Positions 25,727-34,813 of a stretch of DNA of 64,000 nucleotides are shown here, piece by piece. This stretch comes from Candidatus Woesearchaeota archaeon. GTDB taxonomy: Archaea > Nanobdellota > Nanobdellia > Woesearchaeales > ARS49. The translations under genes and the position numbers were made by a program. The notes beneath the pieces are model-generated. The model saw only the letters and a list, made by a program, of their open reading frames with translations. It made no database searches and had not been told where the DNA came from. Each line of letters starts with the position of its first letter. The stretch's first letter is position 1. The stretch spans positions 24,615 to 88,614 of the forward strand of contig QZIM01000006.1 of the NCBI GenBank assembly GCA_003599055.1, written 5' to 3'.

Positions 25727-26707
25727 TCAAAGACCATCCAAAATACCGTGCGCACTCTGCGAACGCGCCAATTGCCCGAAACGCTCCCTTGTCTTTACCG
25801 CAAACTGCAACGCAAGCTGGCCCTCCTCCTCTCTTGTCACCTGCGCCATCCTGTCCGCATCAAGAAGACCATACGGATAGCCCAAAAACACCGGGTCACG
25901 CGCATTTTCGGCAAGCGCAGAAACCCCCGCGCCAAAAAGAGAACGCTCGCCCAGAACGTCACAGCGGAACACATACCGCGAACGCTCGTGCAACTTCAAA
26001 AAACACACTGACTTCTTCGCATCAAAACACCACGGCTGCCTTGGACCCTTTTGCATCAGCACCTCTGTTGCGCTCCGACCCGTGTCCGTGAGCAAAGCTG
26101 ACGTCTTGGAAACTCCGAACACGATCACCCTTGATTGCAGCGCCAAGCGCTCAATCCCCTTGCGCACATCAGTCAGCAACTCCCCCTCAAAATCAAGGTC
26201 ACCGTCACGAACGACCACTCCGCCCTCACCCACCCTATTGACCAGCCGCTCAACCATTGCAAACTCAAGCCACTTACGCACCACACCCAACACGGTTTCA
26301 GGACGCGCACGCCTGCCGCCGAGCGCAAGCAACGGGTCATACGCATCAAAAACCAAATTATTCGTCAACTGCCCATCCGTCCTTAGCAGCGACGCCTCCA
26401 ATTTCCGCTCACCGCGCGCCACAACCACCACAAACCGCTCATCGAACATCCGCTCACGGCGAGAGCCATACAAACAACCATACGTTCGCACAAAACCCAC
26501 CACCGCGCCCGCACCCGCAAGCAAAACGCCACTCCCCGCATCCACGAACGCCAAACGAGGACCCGCACCTGCATTCACCTGCGAAAAAAACTCACCCGTA
26601 AGCTCAAGAGACTCCTTCCCGCACACAATCTTTTGTCCCGCATCCGCCCTCGCACCATCAAGCGCGGACGCCACCGCATCAAAACCCAGCATACCCCAAA
26701 AAAGCAA
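25727..26707 (-). CDS. NurA-like nuclease domain protein (tentative)
   Basis: FVDAGSG, VVVRDGDL and LGYPYGLLDADRMAQV resemble the NurA D..DGS / DGSL / GYP..L..AH blocks. The assignment is by eye only. Confidence 0.45.
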   Translation of the reverse strand: MLFWGMLGFDAVASALDGARADAGQKIVCGKESLELTGEFFSQVNAGAGPRLAFVDAGSGVLLAGAGAVVGFVRTYGCLYGSRRERMFDERFVVVVARGERKLEASLLRTDGQLTNNLVFDAYDPLLALGGRRARPETVLGVVRKWLEFAMVERLVNRVGEGGVVVRDGDLDFEGELLTDVRKGIERLALQSRVIVFGVSKTSALLTDTGRSATEVLMQKGPRQPWCFDAKKSVCFLKLHERSRYVFRCDVLGERSLFGAGVSALAENARDPVFLGYPYGLLDADRMAQVTREEEGQLALQFAVKTRERFGQLARSQSAHGILDGL

Positions 26708-26735
26708 ACCGGCAAGATAAAAGAATATCGCAACT

Positions 26736-27197
26736 CTAGATAATACTCAACAACCTAAACCCGCCAAGCGTCACACCCATAACCAAAAGCCCTGCCGCAA
26801 ACACCCCCACCGCCACCGCGGCAAACGCCTTTGGCCGAGACATCCCCAAAAACCACGCCGCAGCCATCCCCGTCCACGCACCCGTCCCCGGAAGCGGAAG
26901 CGCGACAAAAAGCGCAAAACCCGGAATCCCGTATTTTTCAACATACGGGTGCACCTTCCTTCTTGTCCGCTCCATATACCGGTCAAAACGGGAACGATAC
27001 CCGTCGTGATGCATAAACCGACGATGAATAAACTCAAAAAAAACAAACACCACCGGAAGCACCGCAACATTCGCAAGATAACACAAAACAAACACGAGAA
27101 CAGGATTATAGCCCGCGGCAATCCCCACCGGAATCCCCGCCCGCAACTCCGTGAGCGGAGCCATACTCAACAGCACCGCAATAACCAGCCCGTTCAC
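26736..27197 (-). CDS. Small multidrug-export-like membrane protein (COG2426/PF06695-like)
   Basis: LSMAPLTELRAGIPVGIA.G and LPLPGTGAWTG motifs. Four TM helices. Overlaps the cca stop. Confidence 0.6.
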   Translation of the reverse strand: MNGLVIAVLLSMAPLTELRAGIPVGIAAGYNPVLVFVLCYLANVAVLPVVFVFFEFIHRRFMHHDGYRSRFDRYMERTRRKVHPYVEKYGIPGFALFVALPLPGTGAWTGMAAAWFLGMSRPKAFAAVAVGVFAAGLLVMGVTLGGFRLLSII

Positions 27198-28435
27198 AAC
27201 ACCACCCTTTGCACCCGCTCAAGAACATACTTTTCCTTTATGAGCTGCCTTACCGCATCAGAAGGCGTCCGCACGGGCCGCTTCACCCGCGCAAACACAC
27301 GACCCTGCCGCACAAACGTGTCCGCATACACCCGCCTGAAATCATTCACCGCATCACTTAACTTCACCGGAGGACCGGGCCAGTCCATCAGTTCAGGAAG
27401 CCGAGCGGCCTTCAGAACAAACCACCACTCCCCCTTCTGCCTTCTGTCCCACAACCAACCCGCATCAACAACCTGAAAATCACCAAGACGGTCCCGCACA
27501 AACTCGAACGCACGCACAAACTTTGTTCCCGCAACATCCTCTTTCCCCTCAACCGAATCCACCTTCACACGCACAAGAACCCCTTTTTTGGAAAGACGCG
27601 CAAAATCAACCTCTTTCTCCTCAAAAAAGCGGAGCGAAGGCGCCTTCAGGAACCTCTGCGCCGCCTTCACAAACCTCTCAAAATTATCCTCCGTCAACGC
27701 CGCTGCCGCATTCCGGTTTGGCTGCACCGGGTCAACAAGAACAAGCGGCCCTTGCGTCTTACTCTCATTGAGCATCAGGAGTGCCTTGCCCCTGAACGCA
27801 TTATTGTAATCAAGAACCACCTTTGGCTTCCACTTTACCGCAGCCCTGAGCAGCGGCAAAAAACCCTTATAGTAAATGACGAGAATATCCGCCACGTGCC
27901 CCGAGAAGCCGCGAATGTAACTTTCCGCACCATAACACTTTGCCGCCTTACAAAACTTTTTCACAAGACGAATATCCCCCTTGAACGCCTTTCCTTTTGT
28001 GTTCACCCAGCTCACGTGCAAGGGCGAAAAATCAGTCACGTTTTGCGCATCGGAAGACTTTTTCACATCAAGCACAGGAACTATCTCGTACTTTATCCCG
28101 TTTCGCACCCAAAAATAATCACGACTCCCGTGAATGCGCTCAAACGGCCATTTTGCCAACGCACGCTCAAGCAAGCCGCTGATGTCCCTATCCTTTTGCG
28201 AGAGGTCAAATTTTACAAACACGTCAACATCATAATCACCCGACAACCACGTGTCCTTGGCATAACTTCCGCCAAGAACGGCAACCGCCTGAATTTTTTT
28301 CGCCTTCAACTCCGCGTTCAACCGCCTCAAAAAATCATTCACCGCATCAAGCGTTCGCGCGCGCTCATCCTTTTTTGGCTCAATTCCCGCAAGAACCTCC
28401 CTTAACAGCACCGAGACGCGAACCATACCCCGCAA
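27194..28435 (-). CDS. cca: Archaeal class-I CCA-adding tRNA nucleotidyltransferase
   Basis: VLGGSYAKDTWLSGDYDVDVFVKF is the class-I nucleotidyltransferase motif. Length is about 410 aa. TATA spacing favours the Met at 28426 as the start. Confidence 0.85.
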   Translation of the reverse strand: MRGMVRVSVLLREVLAGIEPKKDERARTLDAVNDFLRRLNAELKAKKIQAVAVLGGSYAKDTWLSGDYDVDVFVKFDLSQKDRDISGLLERALAKWPFERIHGSRDYFWVRNGIKYEIVPVLDVKKSSDAQNVTDFSPLHVSWVNTKGKAFKGDIRLVKKFCKAAKCYGAESYIRGFSGHVADILVIYYKGFLPLLRAAVKWKPKVVLDYNNAFRGKALLMLNESKTQGPLVLVDPVQPNRNAAAALTEDNFERFVKAAQRFLKAPSLRFFEEKEVDFARLSKKGVLVRVKVDSVEGKEDVAGTKFVRAFEFVRDRLGDFQVVDAGWLWDRRQKGEWWFVLKAARLPELMDWPGPPVKLSDAVNDFRRVYADTFVRQGRVFARVKRPVRTPSDAVRQLIKEKYVLERVQRVVL

Positions 28436-28482
28436 AACTGTTCCCGTGATTTATAAGCTTTCGGTCGCGCGCAGTACCAAAT

Positions 28483-28491
28483 GTTTAAATA
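28483..28491 (+). promoter_or_regulatory. TATA box (GTTTAAATA) for the antiporter gene
   Basis: Centred 27 nt upstream of the ATG at 28514. Confidence 0.5.
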
Positions 28492-28513
28492 GCGTCCAGA
28501 CACAAAAAACAGG

Positions 28514-29683
28514 ATGGCCGATGCACTCATCACCACGACTGCCATCGCAGTCCTCCTCTTTGTCGGCGTCATTTGCAGCTGGATTGGAAAAAAGCTCACC
28601 GTCCCCGACGCATTACTGCTCATTTTAGCCGGTCTCGGATTCGGCCAGGCAACCTTCAAAGGAAAACCCCTCATCGAATTCCCCGAACTCTTCCTTAGCT
28701 CCCTTGCCATTTTGGCGCTCGCCATGATTGTCTTTGACTCCACCGCGCGCCTGCGCATCCGCGAACTTGACACGTTCTCCCTCAAAGCAGTGCGGCTTAT
28801 GTTCAACTTCACCATCTTCACCCTCATCCTCTTCACCCTCGCCAGCCACTACATCTTAGGCATCTCGTGGTGGACCGCACTCCTCTTCTCCGCAATCATG
28901 GTCGGAACAAGCCCCGAAGCAGTCCTCACCTCAGTCGGCAAAAGCAAGGCCGCAACCCTTCTCAAACTCGAAAGCATCTTCAACACCCCCCTTACCATCA
29001 TCCTGCCGTTCCTGGTCATCGACCTTATGACCAACGTCAAAAGCAGCATCCTGTCCGAAGTTGTCGAACAACTCACCCCCTTCATCATGCAAATCATCGT
29101 CGGAATCGGCGCAGGCATCTTTGTCGGGCTCATCCTGTTCAAACTCGTCCAACACGTCTATGCAGAAGTGTACTCCCCCCTTGCCGTCATCGTCGCCGCA
29201 CTCCTTGCCTACGTCCTTGCCGAAAACCTCGGCGGGTCAGGCGTATTGTCCGTTACCGCCCTCGGACTCTTTTTCGGCAACGTCTACGTCAAGGAAAAAA
29301 TCACCCTCCTTGGCATTGAAACCGTCCTTGCAAAAGCACTCTACATCCTTGTCTTCATACTCACCGGCCTTATCATCAAAGTCCCCCTCACCAAAGAATT
29401 CTTCATCACCTCCGGAATCCTGTTTGGAACCTATATTGCCATTCGCACCCTTGCCGTCTACGTTTCCGTTCGCGACGAAAACCTCCCCTTCCACGACTTC
29501 GTCCTTATGGCCCTTTGCGCGCCCAAAGGCATCGCAACCGCCGCAGTCGTGTTCTCATTACTCGTCATCAAGTCGCCGGACATCCTCATCATCTTGGATA
29601 TGACCTTTGCATTCATCCTCTACAGCATTGTTGTGAGCTCGATTACCCTTATGCTCACGCGCGAACAACACCAACACCACTAA
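28514..29683 (+). CDS. Cation/proton antiporter (CPA1/NhaP-like)
   Basis: 389 aa with about 11 TM helices and a typical Na+/H+ exchanger layout. No regulatory C-terminal domain. Confidence 0.7.
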   Translation: MADALITTTAIAVLLFVGVICSWIGKKLTVPDALLLILAGLGFGQATFKGKPLIEFPELFLSSLAILALAMIVFDSTARLRIRELDTFSLKAVRLMFNFTIFTLILFTLASHYILGISWWTALLFSAIMVGTSPEAVLTSVGKSKAATLLKLESIFNTPLTIILPFLVIDLMTNVKSSILSEVVEQLTPFIMQIIVGIGAGIFVGLILFKLVQHVYAEVYSPLAVIVAALLAYVLAENLGGSGVLSVTALGLFFGNVYVKEKITLLGIETVLAKALYILVFILTGLIIKVPLTKEFFITSGILFGTYIAIRTLAVYVSVRDENLPFHDFVLMALCAPKGIATAAVVFSLLVIKSPDILIILDMTFAFILYSIVVSSITLMLTREQHQHH

Positions 29684-29687
29684 CGCA

Positions 29688-30071
29688 ATGAAAACCGTCA
29701 TCCTTGACACCAACTTTCTCATCGAATGCGCCAAAAACAAAGTCGACATTCAAACGGAACTCACCCGCATACTTGACTTTTCCTTTGACATTGCCGTCCT
29801 TGACAGAACCCTTGAAGAACTCGACGTTGTCGCCGCCCGCGGCGGCAAAGAAGGAGCAGCCGCAAAACTCGCACGCACAATTTTGCTCACAAAAAAAATA
29901 AACATCATTGCAACCTCCGGCGGGCACACGGACAAATTACTTATTGAACGGGCAGATGACAACCACATTATTGCAACCATGGACCGGGAACTTAAGCAAA
30001 AACTCAAAAAGAAAAAACAAGACGTTATTATCATCCGCGGAAAAAAGAAATTGGCAGTGGACGGAGCGTAG
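29688..30071 (+). CDS. PIN-domain protein, Fcf1/Utp24-like
   Basis: ILDTNFLI at the N-terminus and IIATMDRELKQKL near the C-terminus match the archaeal Fcf1-type PIN fold. Confidence 0.7.
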   Translation: MKTVILDTNFLIECAKNKVDIQTELTRILDFSFDIAVLDRTLEELDVVAARGGKEGAAAKLARTILLTKKINIIATSGGHTDKLLIERADDNHIIATMDRELKQKLKKKKQDVIIIRGKKKLAVDGA

Positions 30072-30072
30072 A

Positions 30073-30363
30073 TTACTTTGCCATTCGTTCAATCAATTCA
30101 TTAATCCGATAGGCAAGGTCATCGTCCTGGCCCAACGCAAGCGCATACGCGCTCGCAAGACCAGAACGCGCATCACCAAAATTTCCACCGGCCAGATACG
30201 TTCTCGCATCGCGCAAGTAATCAAAGAGGTCCACATCATTTAACCCCCCTGCCTGATGAAGAATACTCTCCAATTCCATAAGTGCTTTTCGCGCTTCCAT
30301 ACGCGATTTGGCACCGACTCCCTTTAAGTTTGTTTTCCCAAATTCCACCCCAACCCACCGCAA
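30073..30363 (-). CDS. Hypothetical protein
   Basis: 96-aa ORF. The start is uncertain, with an internal Met at 30300. Confidence 0.4.
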   Translation of the reverse strand: MRWVGVEFGKTNLKGVGAKSRMEARKALMELESILHQAGGLNDVDLFDYLRDARTYLAGGNFGDARSGLASAYALALGQDDDLAYRINELIERMAK

Positions 30364-30467
30364 GCTTTATAAACACCCCTTTGGGTTTCCCGTCCCGTGA
30401 GATGCCGCTTGGGTTCTCTCCAGACCCGCGGCATTGATGCAAACCAACACCGGAGGAACACAACACA

Positions 30468-31046
30468 ATGTATTACCGCATGGAAGTTTCAGACCACATC
30501 AGAGTCCCGCCCCGATTCTTCGCCTTTTCGCGAGAAGAAGCAGTACTCAAGGCAGTCAAGCAAAAATACGACGGAATGATAGACCCGCAGCTCGGCGTCG
30601 TCATCGACGTTGCAACCGTCAAAAACATCGGCGAAGGAATCATCATCCCGGGCGACGGCGCAAGCTACTACGACACCACGTTTGAACTGCTCGTATTCCA
30701 ACCGGAACTTCAGGAAGTCCTCAAAGGCAAAATCAAGGACATCGCAGACTTCGGCGCATTCATCACCCTTGGCCCCATCGACGGCATGATACACATCTCG
30801 CAAACCATGGACGACTTCGTCTCGTTTGCAAAAGACAAAACCCTTGCCGGCAGAGACAGCAAGCGGTCACTACGCATCGGCGATGCGTGCCGCGCACGCG
30901 TCATTGCCGTATCATTTAAAGACGTCACCAACCCCAAAATCGGCCTTACCATGAGACAACCCGGACTTGGCCGCCTTGACTGGCTCGACAAGGAAGAAGA
31001 AACACCCGCTGAACCAAAAGAAGAAAAGAAATCCAAGGAGAAATAA
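30468..31046 (+). CDS. rpoE: DNA-directed RNA polymerase subunit E' (Rpo7)
   Basis: MYYRMEVSDHIRVPPRFF is the Rpo7 N-terminus, followed by an S1 domain (GKIKDIADFGAFITLGPIDGMIHISQ). GGAGGA lies upstream. Confidence 0.9.
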   Translation: MYYRMEVSDHIRVPPRFFAFSREEAVLKAVKQKYDGMIDPQLGVVIDVATVKNIGEGIIIPGDGASYYDTTFELLVFQPELQEVLKGKIKDIADFGAFITLGPIDGMIHISQTMDDFVSFAKDKTLAGRDSKRSLRIGDACRARVIAVSFKDVTNPKIGLTMRQPGLGRLDWLDKEEETPAEPKEEKKSKEK

Positions 31047-31051
31047 ACACC

Positions 31052-31240
31052 ATGAGCAAGAAAAACGCCTGCAAAAAATGCAAATACCTCTATGACGGAC
31101 AAGAATGCCCTGCCTGCAAGTCAGCACAACCCGTCCAAAACTGGAAAGGCAGAGTTGCCGTCCTTGACCTTGACAACAGCGGCATTGCCAAAAAAATCGG
31201 CGCCGAACAAGGCGGCGAATACGCAATCAAGGTGAACTAA
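31052..31240 (+). CDS. spt4: Transcription elongation factor Spt4 (RpoE'')
   Basis: 62 aa with the Zn ribbon CKKC...CPAC followed by W.G... Confidence 0.85.
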   Translation: MSKKNACKKCKYLYDGQECPACKSAQPVQNWKGRVAVLDLDNSGIAKKIGAEQGGEYAIKVN

Positions 31241-31528
31241 ATGGAACTGAACATAACAACAGAAAAGAAAAACTCCCTGCTCGGCAGAACAGAAGTATAC
31301 GGAACCGTCACGTTCGAAGGCGCAACCCCAAGCAACGCGCAAGTCTCTGAAGCACTTGCCAAAAAATACGGCAAAGACACGGACACCGTCGTTGTCAAAC
31401 ACATCCTTGGCAAATTCGGCGGCATCACCGCAACCTTTGAAGCAGACGTGTACGACACCAAAGAACAACTCCTCAAAACTGAGCCCAAGAAGAAAGAAAA
31501 GGCCGCGGGAACCGCGCCGGCAGCGTGA
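31241..31528 (+). CDS. rps24e: 30S ribosomal protein eS24
   Basis: N.LLGR.E....V.F.GATPS.......LAKKY is the S24e signature. The start abuts the spt4 stop. Confidence 0.88.
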   Translation: MELNITTEKKNSLLGRTEVYGTVTFEGATPSNAQVSEALAKKYGKDTDTVVVKHILGKFGGITATFEADVYDTKEQLLKTEPKKKEKAAGTAPAA

Positions 31529-31764
31529 TTTTAATGGCAGACGCAAAAAAACCAGCAGCAAAAGGAGCAGCACCCGCCAAAAAAGGAGCCGTCCGCGGCG
31601 TTTGGCAACTCTTTGAAAAGAAAGGAGATGCACTAGTTCGCAAAAACAAAAGCTGCCCCAAATGCGGACCCGGATTCTTCCTTGCAAACCACAAAGACCG
31701 CCAAGTCTGCGGAGCCTGCGGATATTCTGAGTTTGTTAAGAAAGCGGAAACGGCGAAGAAGTAA
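31525..31764 (+). CDS. rps27ae: 30S ribosomal protein S27ae (eS31)
   Basis: Zn ribbon [24 protein letters not shown]. 4-nt overlap with rps24e. Confidence 0.88.
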   Translation: MILMADAKKPAAKGAAPAKKGAVRGVWQLFEKKGDALVRKNKSCPKCGPGFFLANHKDRQVCGACGYSEFVKKAETAKK

Positions 31765-32088
31765 ATGACCAACCTTTACATCGCGGCAGAACGCGACGCT
31801 CAAGGAATCCGCGCACTCCATATAGGCTACGTTACCGGCGCCATCAGCGCAGTCTCAACCATCTCCGCGCAAAAAATTATTGAAATTGCCGACGATACGC
31901 AACATCCCGAACGCACTGCACGCATCGCAGACTACGTTCTTGGCATCTTTCGCAACCACACGCCGGAACCCGTGCAATTCACGCACGTTATTAACGGCAT
32001 CCTCCCAAAGGGACACAAGGAAAACAGCCTAGAACCAGTACCCTTGCACCTCGAAGAAATGCTTTCCGAAAAAATCCGTCAGAATTGA
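31765..32088 (+). CDS. Hypothetical protein
   Basis: 107-aa ORF starting directly after the rps27ae stop. Confidence 0.45.
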   Translation: MTNLYIAAERDAQGIRALHIGYVTGAISAVSTISAQKIIEIADDTQHPERTARIADYVLGIFRNHTPEPVQFTHVINGILPKGHKENSLEPVPLHLEEMLSEKIRQN

Positions 32089-32561
32089 ATATCCCTTTTT
32101 CTGCTATCAAAAAGAACAGCCAATACCCGGCCGATAATGAAGACTAAATAAAATACCCCATGCGCGCGGCAACACAAACTGAACAGCCATCGGCCCAAAC
32201 CTCTCTGGGACCCGCGACGTAACGCCGAATTGCCTCTGAAATCACAGTGCCTCAAAAAAAAGAGGGCGGAAGGGCCACAGCGTTTAGCTTTGTTTTGGTG
32301 GTATGCGCTCAGCATATGGCCCGAATCGGCACAAAAGGAGTTGCGCTCTGCTCTTCCTTGTGCCCATCCACATCACAATGATGCCAAGCATCACTCTGAA
32401 GCCGAACTGCCTTCGCAGATTCGGAATCACTGTTCTTTCCTAATGATAGTATTGATATCAGGGTTTGATATAATTGTTTGGCACATACAGTATAGATAGC
32501 CGTACTTTTCCGCACAGAACAACACACAAACATTCTTAAATCCGCAAGAGAACTACACTAT

Positions 32562-32858
32562 ATGGCACTCCATACCACCGTCATCATCTCCCTATCCCTT
32601 ACCTTTGGCATCGTCCTTGCCGCACTCATCGGAACCGCACTCATCTACTTCTCAAAACCAAAACACAAAACCGCCCTTGGCTGGCTCGCATTCGCAAACA
32701 TCTGCATCCTTATCTGGACCACGTTCCACTTATTCTTAGACCTTGAACTCTTCGCTCCAACCTTTGTTGAAACCGTCCACTACTGGATAACCCACCCCTT
32801 CATCATCATCGCAAGCATCAGCCTGTACCAAGCAGCACGAGTTCTGACAAGAAAGTAA
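32562..32858 (+). CDS. Small 3-TM membrane protein
   Basis: 98 aa with three hydrophobic helices and host-like composition. It is the last gene before the low-GC island. Confidence 0.5.
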   Translation: MALHTTVIISLSLTFGIVLAALIGTALIYFSKPKHKTALGWLAFANICILIWTTFHLFLDLELFAPTFVETVHYWITHPFIIIASISLYQAARVLTRK

Positions 32859-32956
32859 GAGGAGAGCCTCACGCGGGAGGCGACACCCTCTTCGTAAGCA
32901 CCAACGCTTTATTTTGGAGGTGCGAGAATCTGAATGTTAAGAAGTGGTGGTTGTAT

Positions 32957-34114
32957 TTATTTGTTTTGTTCATTGTTTAACGCTGCGCCCTGATCCCCAT
33001 CAAGAAATATTATGAATTCTTTGAGGAGTTGAAGACAAAACTCTGCCTCAGATTTACTAGTCTCCTGAGTTAGCCTCTGAAAATTGTGTTTCATAAAATC
33101 TTCTGGTTCTATTGATAGCTTCTCGCTTATTGACTTATTGAGACGTGTGCGATCCATGTGCGAATATGTGTTTCTTATCTCACCAAACAAATTCAGCCGT
33201 TTCGAGAAATCAGGAACTTTAGACCCTATCAAATCAATAATTCCTATTTTTTTAACTATGCTTTGTAAAGCATTCAACTCCAGTCGATCCACAATCAATC
33301 CTACTTCATTATACAATGTTTCGTCTTCAATCTGGTGACAAACTCTATTTTGAATTGATCTTTTCAATAAATGTTCCATACACGCTGCCGAGCATATGAT
33401 TGATGCAACGTAGTTTCCCAGGATGAATGACGTGTGAGCTTCATTGTATAGATAAACACCCAATTCATAGTATTCAGAGTAAAGCAATTCAGGAAACGGG
33501 ATCTTGTCCAAGTTGCTAATGAAAGCAGGCGCACTCTTCTCAAAAAAGCTCTTCAATGACAATTCGGATGCCTTTTCCTTAGAATAACTATTTAGAATAT
33601 TGACATATAGCGGCGGTAGAGGTTGGACGTGACTTTCGGCGAGTGTTGAAAAAATCATCTCATTGAAGATTGCTTCGTTATTGAGTAGCTTTCTCACAAA
33701 CTCATCTACTGCATTTTTAATCGCTAAATCGGATTTACCGCTGACTATGATTCGCAAATGATTGAATTTGTCTTTGAATGCTAAAACGAATCCATCTCGT
33801 ATTTTGAGTTCCTTGTCAAAACCATGTTCTTTTATTGCTTTCAAAACCCACTTATTCGTTTGACTGTCACCAACACAAATCAAGTCAGAGTTGTAATAAT
33901 CTTCATCGGTCAATTCCGAGGCTAATTTTGCAGAATTTATTGACAACACTTGCTTTGAATGTGAATACAAAAGAGTCTGCACTGTTTGAATAAGTGCAAC
34001 TGCAAAGACAACCATGATTCCTTTGTCATTATCTCCCACCGTGATAATTAAGGGGTTCTTGGAGGACTTAAGGAAATCGGCGACTTTCTCTTGACCCTGT
34101 TCAGATGTCATCAC
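32957..34114 (-). CDS. HEPN-domain protein with an N-terminal alpha/beta domain of unknown function
   Basis: The C-terminal half has AACMEHLLKRSI ... LFGEIRNTYSHM, which contains the canonical HEPN R-N-x3-H motif. The N-terminal half has three strand-Gly motifs (LIITVGDN, LICVGDS, RIIVSGKS). No signal peptide. Confidence 0.6.
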   Translation of the reverse strand: MMTSEQGQEKVADFLKSSKNPLIITVGDNDKGIMVVFAVALIQTVQTLLYSHSKQVLSINSAKLASELTDEDYYNSDLICVGDSQTNKWVLKAIKEHGFDKELKIRDGFVLAFKDKFNHLRIIVSGKSDLAIKNAVDEFVRKLLNNEAIFNEMIFSTLAESHVQPLPPLYVNILNSYSKEKASELSLKSFFEKSAPAFISNLDKIPFPELLYSEYYELGVYLYNEAHTSFILGNYVASIICSAACMEHLLKRSIQNRVCHQIEDETLYNEVGLIVDRLELNALQSIVKKIGIIDLIGSKVPDFSKRLNLFGEIRNTYSHMDRTRLNKSISEKLSIEPEDFMKHNFQRLTQETSKSEAEFCLQLLKEFIIFLDGDQGAALNNEQNK

Positions 34115-34124
34115 GGCCTCGCAA

Positions 34125-34319
34125 TTATCTAATGACTCTTTTTGCCACGCTTACGATTCCCAAGAACCCGAGCACGATCCCAATGAAAACACCTGCAAAG
34201 ACCGCCAAATTTCCCGCGCCGGGTGAAATGCCAGTTGCTTGCAAGATGATGCCTGCAACCACAAGAGTGCCTACGATGCCTGTCGCACCTAAACCAAGAC
34301 CGAAGATTTTTTGTGCCAT
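34125..34319 (-). CDS. Gly-rich 2-TM small membrane peptide
   Basis: 64 aa with two Gly/Ile/Val-rich helices containing GxxxG-like spacing. It sits 1 nt after the upstream stop and 10 nt before the downstream start. Confidence 0.55.
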   Translation of the reverse strand: MAQKIFGLGLGATGIVGTLVVAGIILQATGISPGAGNLAVFAGVFIGIVLGFLGIVSVAKRVIR

Positions 34320-34320
34320 T

Positions 34321-34602
34321 TTATCGGCCTTTGTTCCAGTATCCTTTGCGCCTCAATCTTGTGTTTATTGATCCATCGCCGTTTGACATAGTGACAACAC
34401 TTCGACCATAGCTTTTTCCTACCACTTGCACGTTGACGTAACCGTTTGAGCGGCTTGTCATTCCTGCAGCAGTTCTTGTTGCCTTAGAGCCTCCAAACTG
34501 GTGTTTTTCAGGGGCGCGTACATTCGCCAGCCGGAAGGGGGTTCCATCCGTAAAATAGCCCGAGTCACCATCATGCCAGTGATCAATTCGTTTTCGTTTC
34601 AT
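34321..34602 (-). CDS. Minimal SNase/thermonuclease-like protein (93 aa)
   Basis: HDGDSGYF...FRLANVRAPE...KSYGRSVV...G.INTRLRRKGY is co-linear with staphylococcal nuclease DGDT..FRL..VDTPE..DKYGR....G..VN..LVR.G. The Asp of D-T-P-E is replaced by Arg. Start at 34602 with GGAGGT 8 nt upstream. Confidence 0.6.
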   Translation of the reverse strand: MKRKRIDHWHDGDSGYFTDGTPFRLANVRAPEKHQFGGSKATRTAAGMTSRSNGYVNVQVVGKSYGRSVVTMSNGDGSINTRLRRKGYWNKGR

Positions 34603-34813
34603 TTTATTAACCTCCAAGGGTTCAATACTTTCCCGCAGGCTGTGAAGTATAAAAAGGTTATGAATTAAGCCATAATGAAAATCAACAATGTGACTTAAAA
34701 CGTTACTTATTTGACAAACATTGTACAACTATTTACGGTTTAGTCCACAATGAACAGAAACGCTTATAAATTAAACCTTCAAACTACTCAAAAGTGGGGG
34801 TAAAAGTTTAAGA

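Noticed and set aside
32866-32900. Possible att site or tRNA fragment at the left island border (hairpin GCCTC-ACGCGG-GAGGC, plus an 11-nt match to the tRNA-Thr anticodon arm)
   Set aside because: The 11-nt identity is in inverted orientation relative to the tRNA. It does not extend, and the flanks do not fold as a tRNA. That is not enough to call an att site or a pseudo-tRNA, so I mention it only within the island finding.
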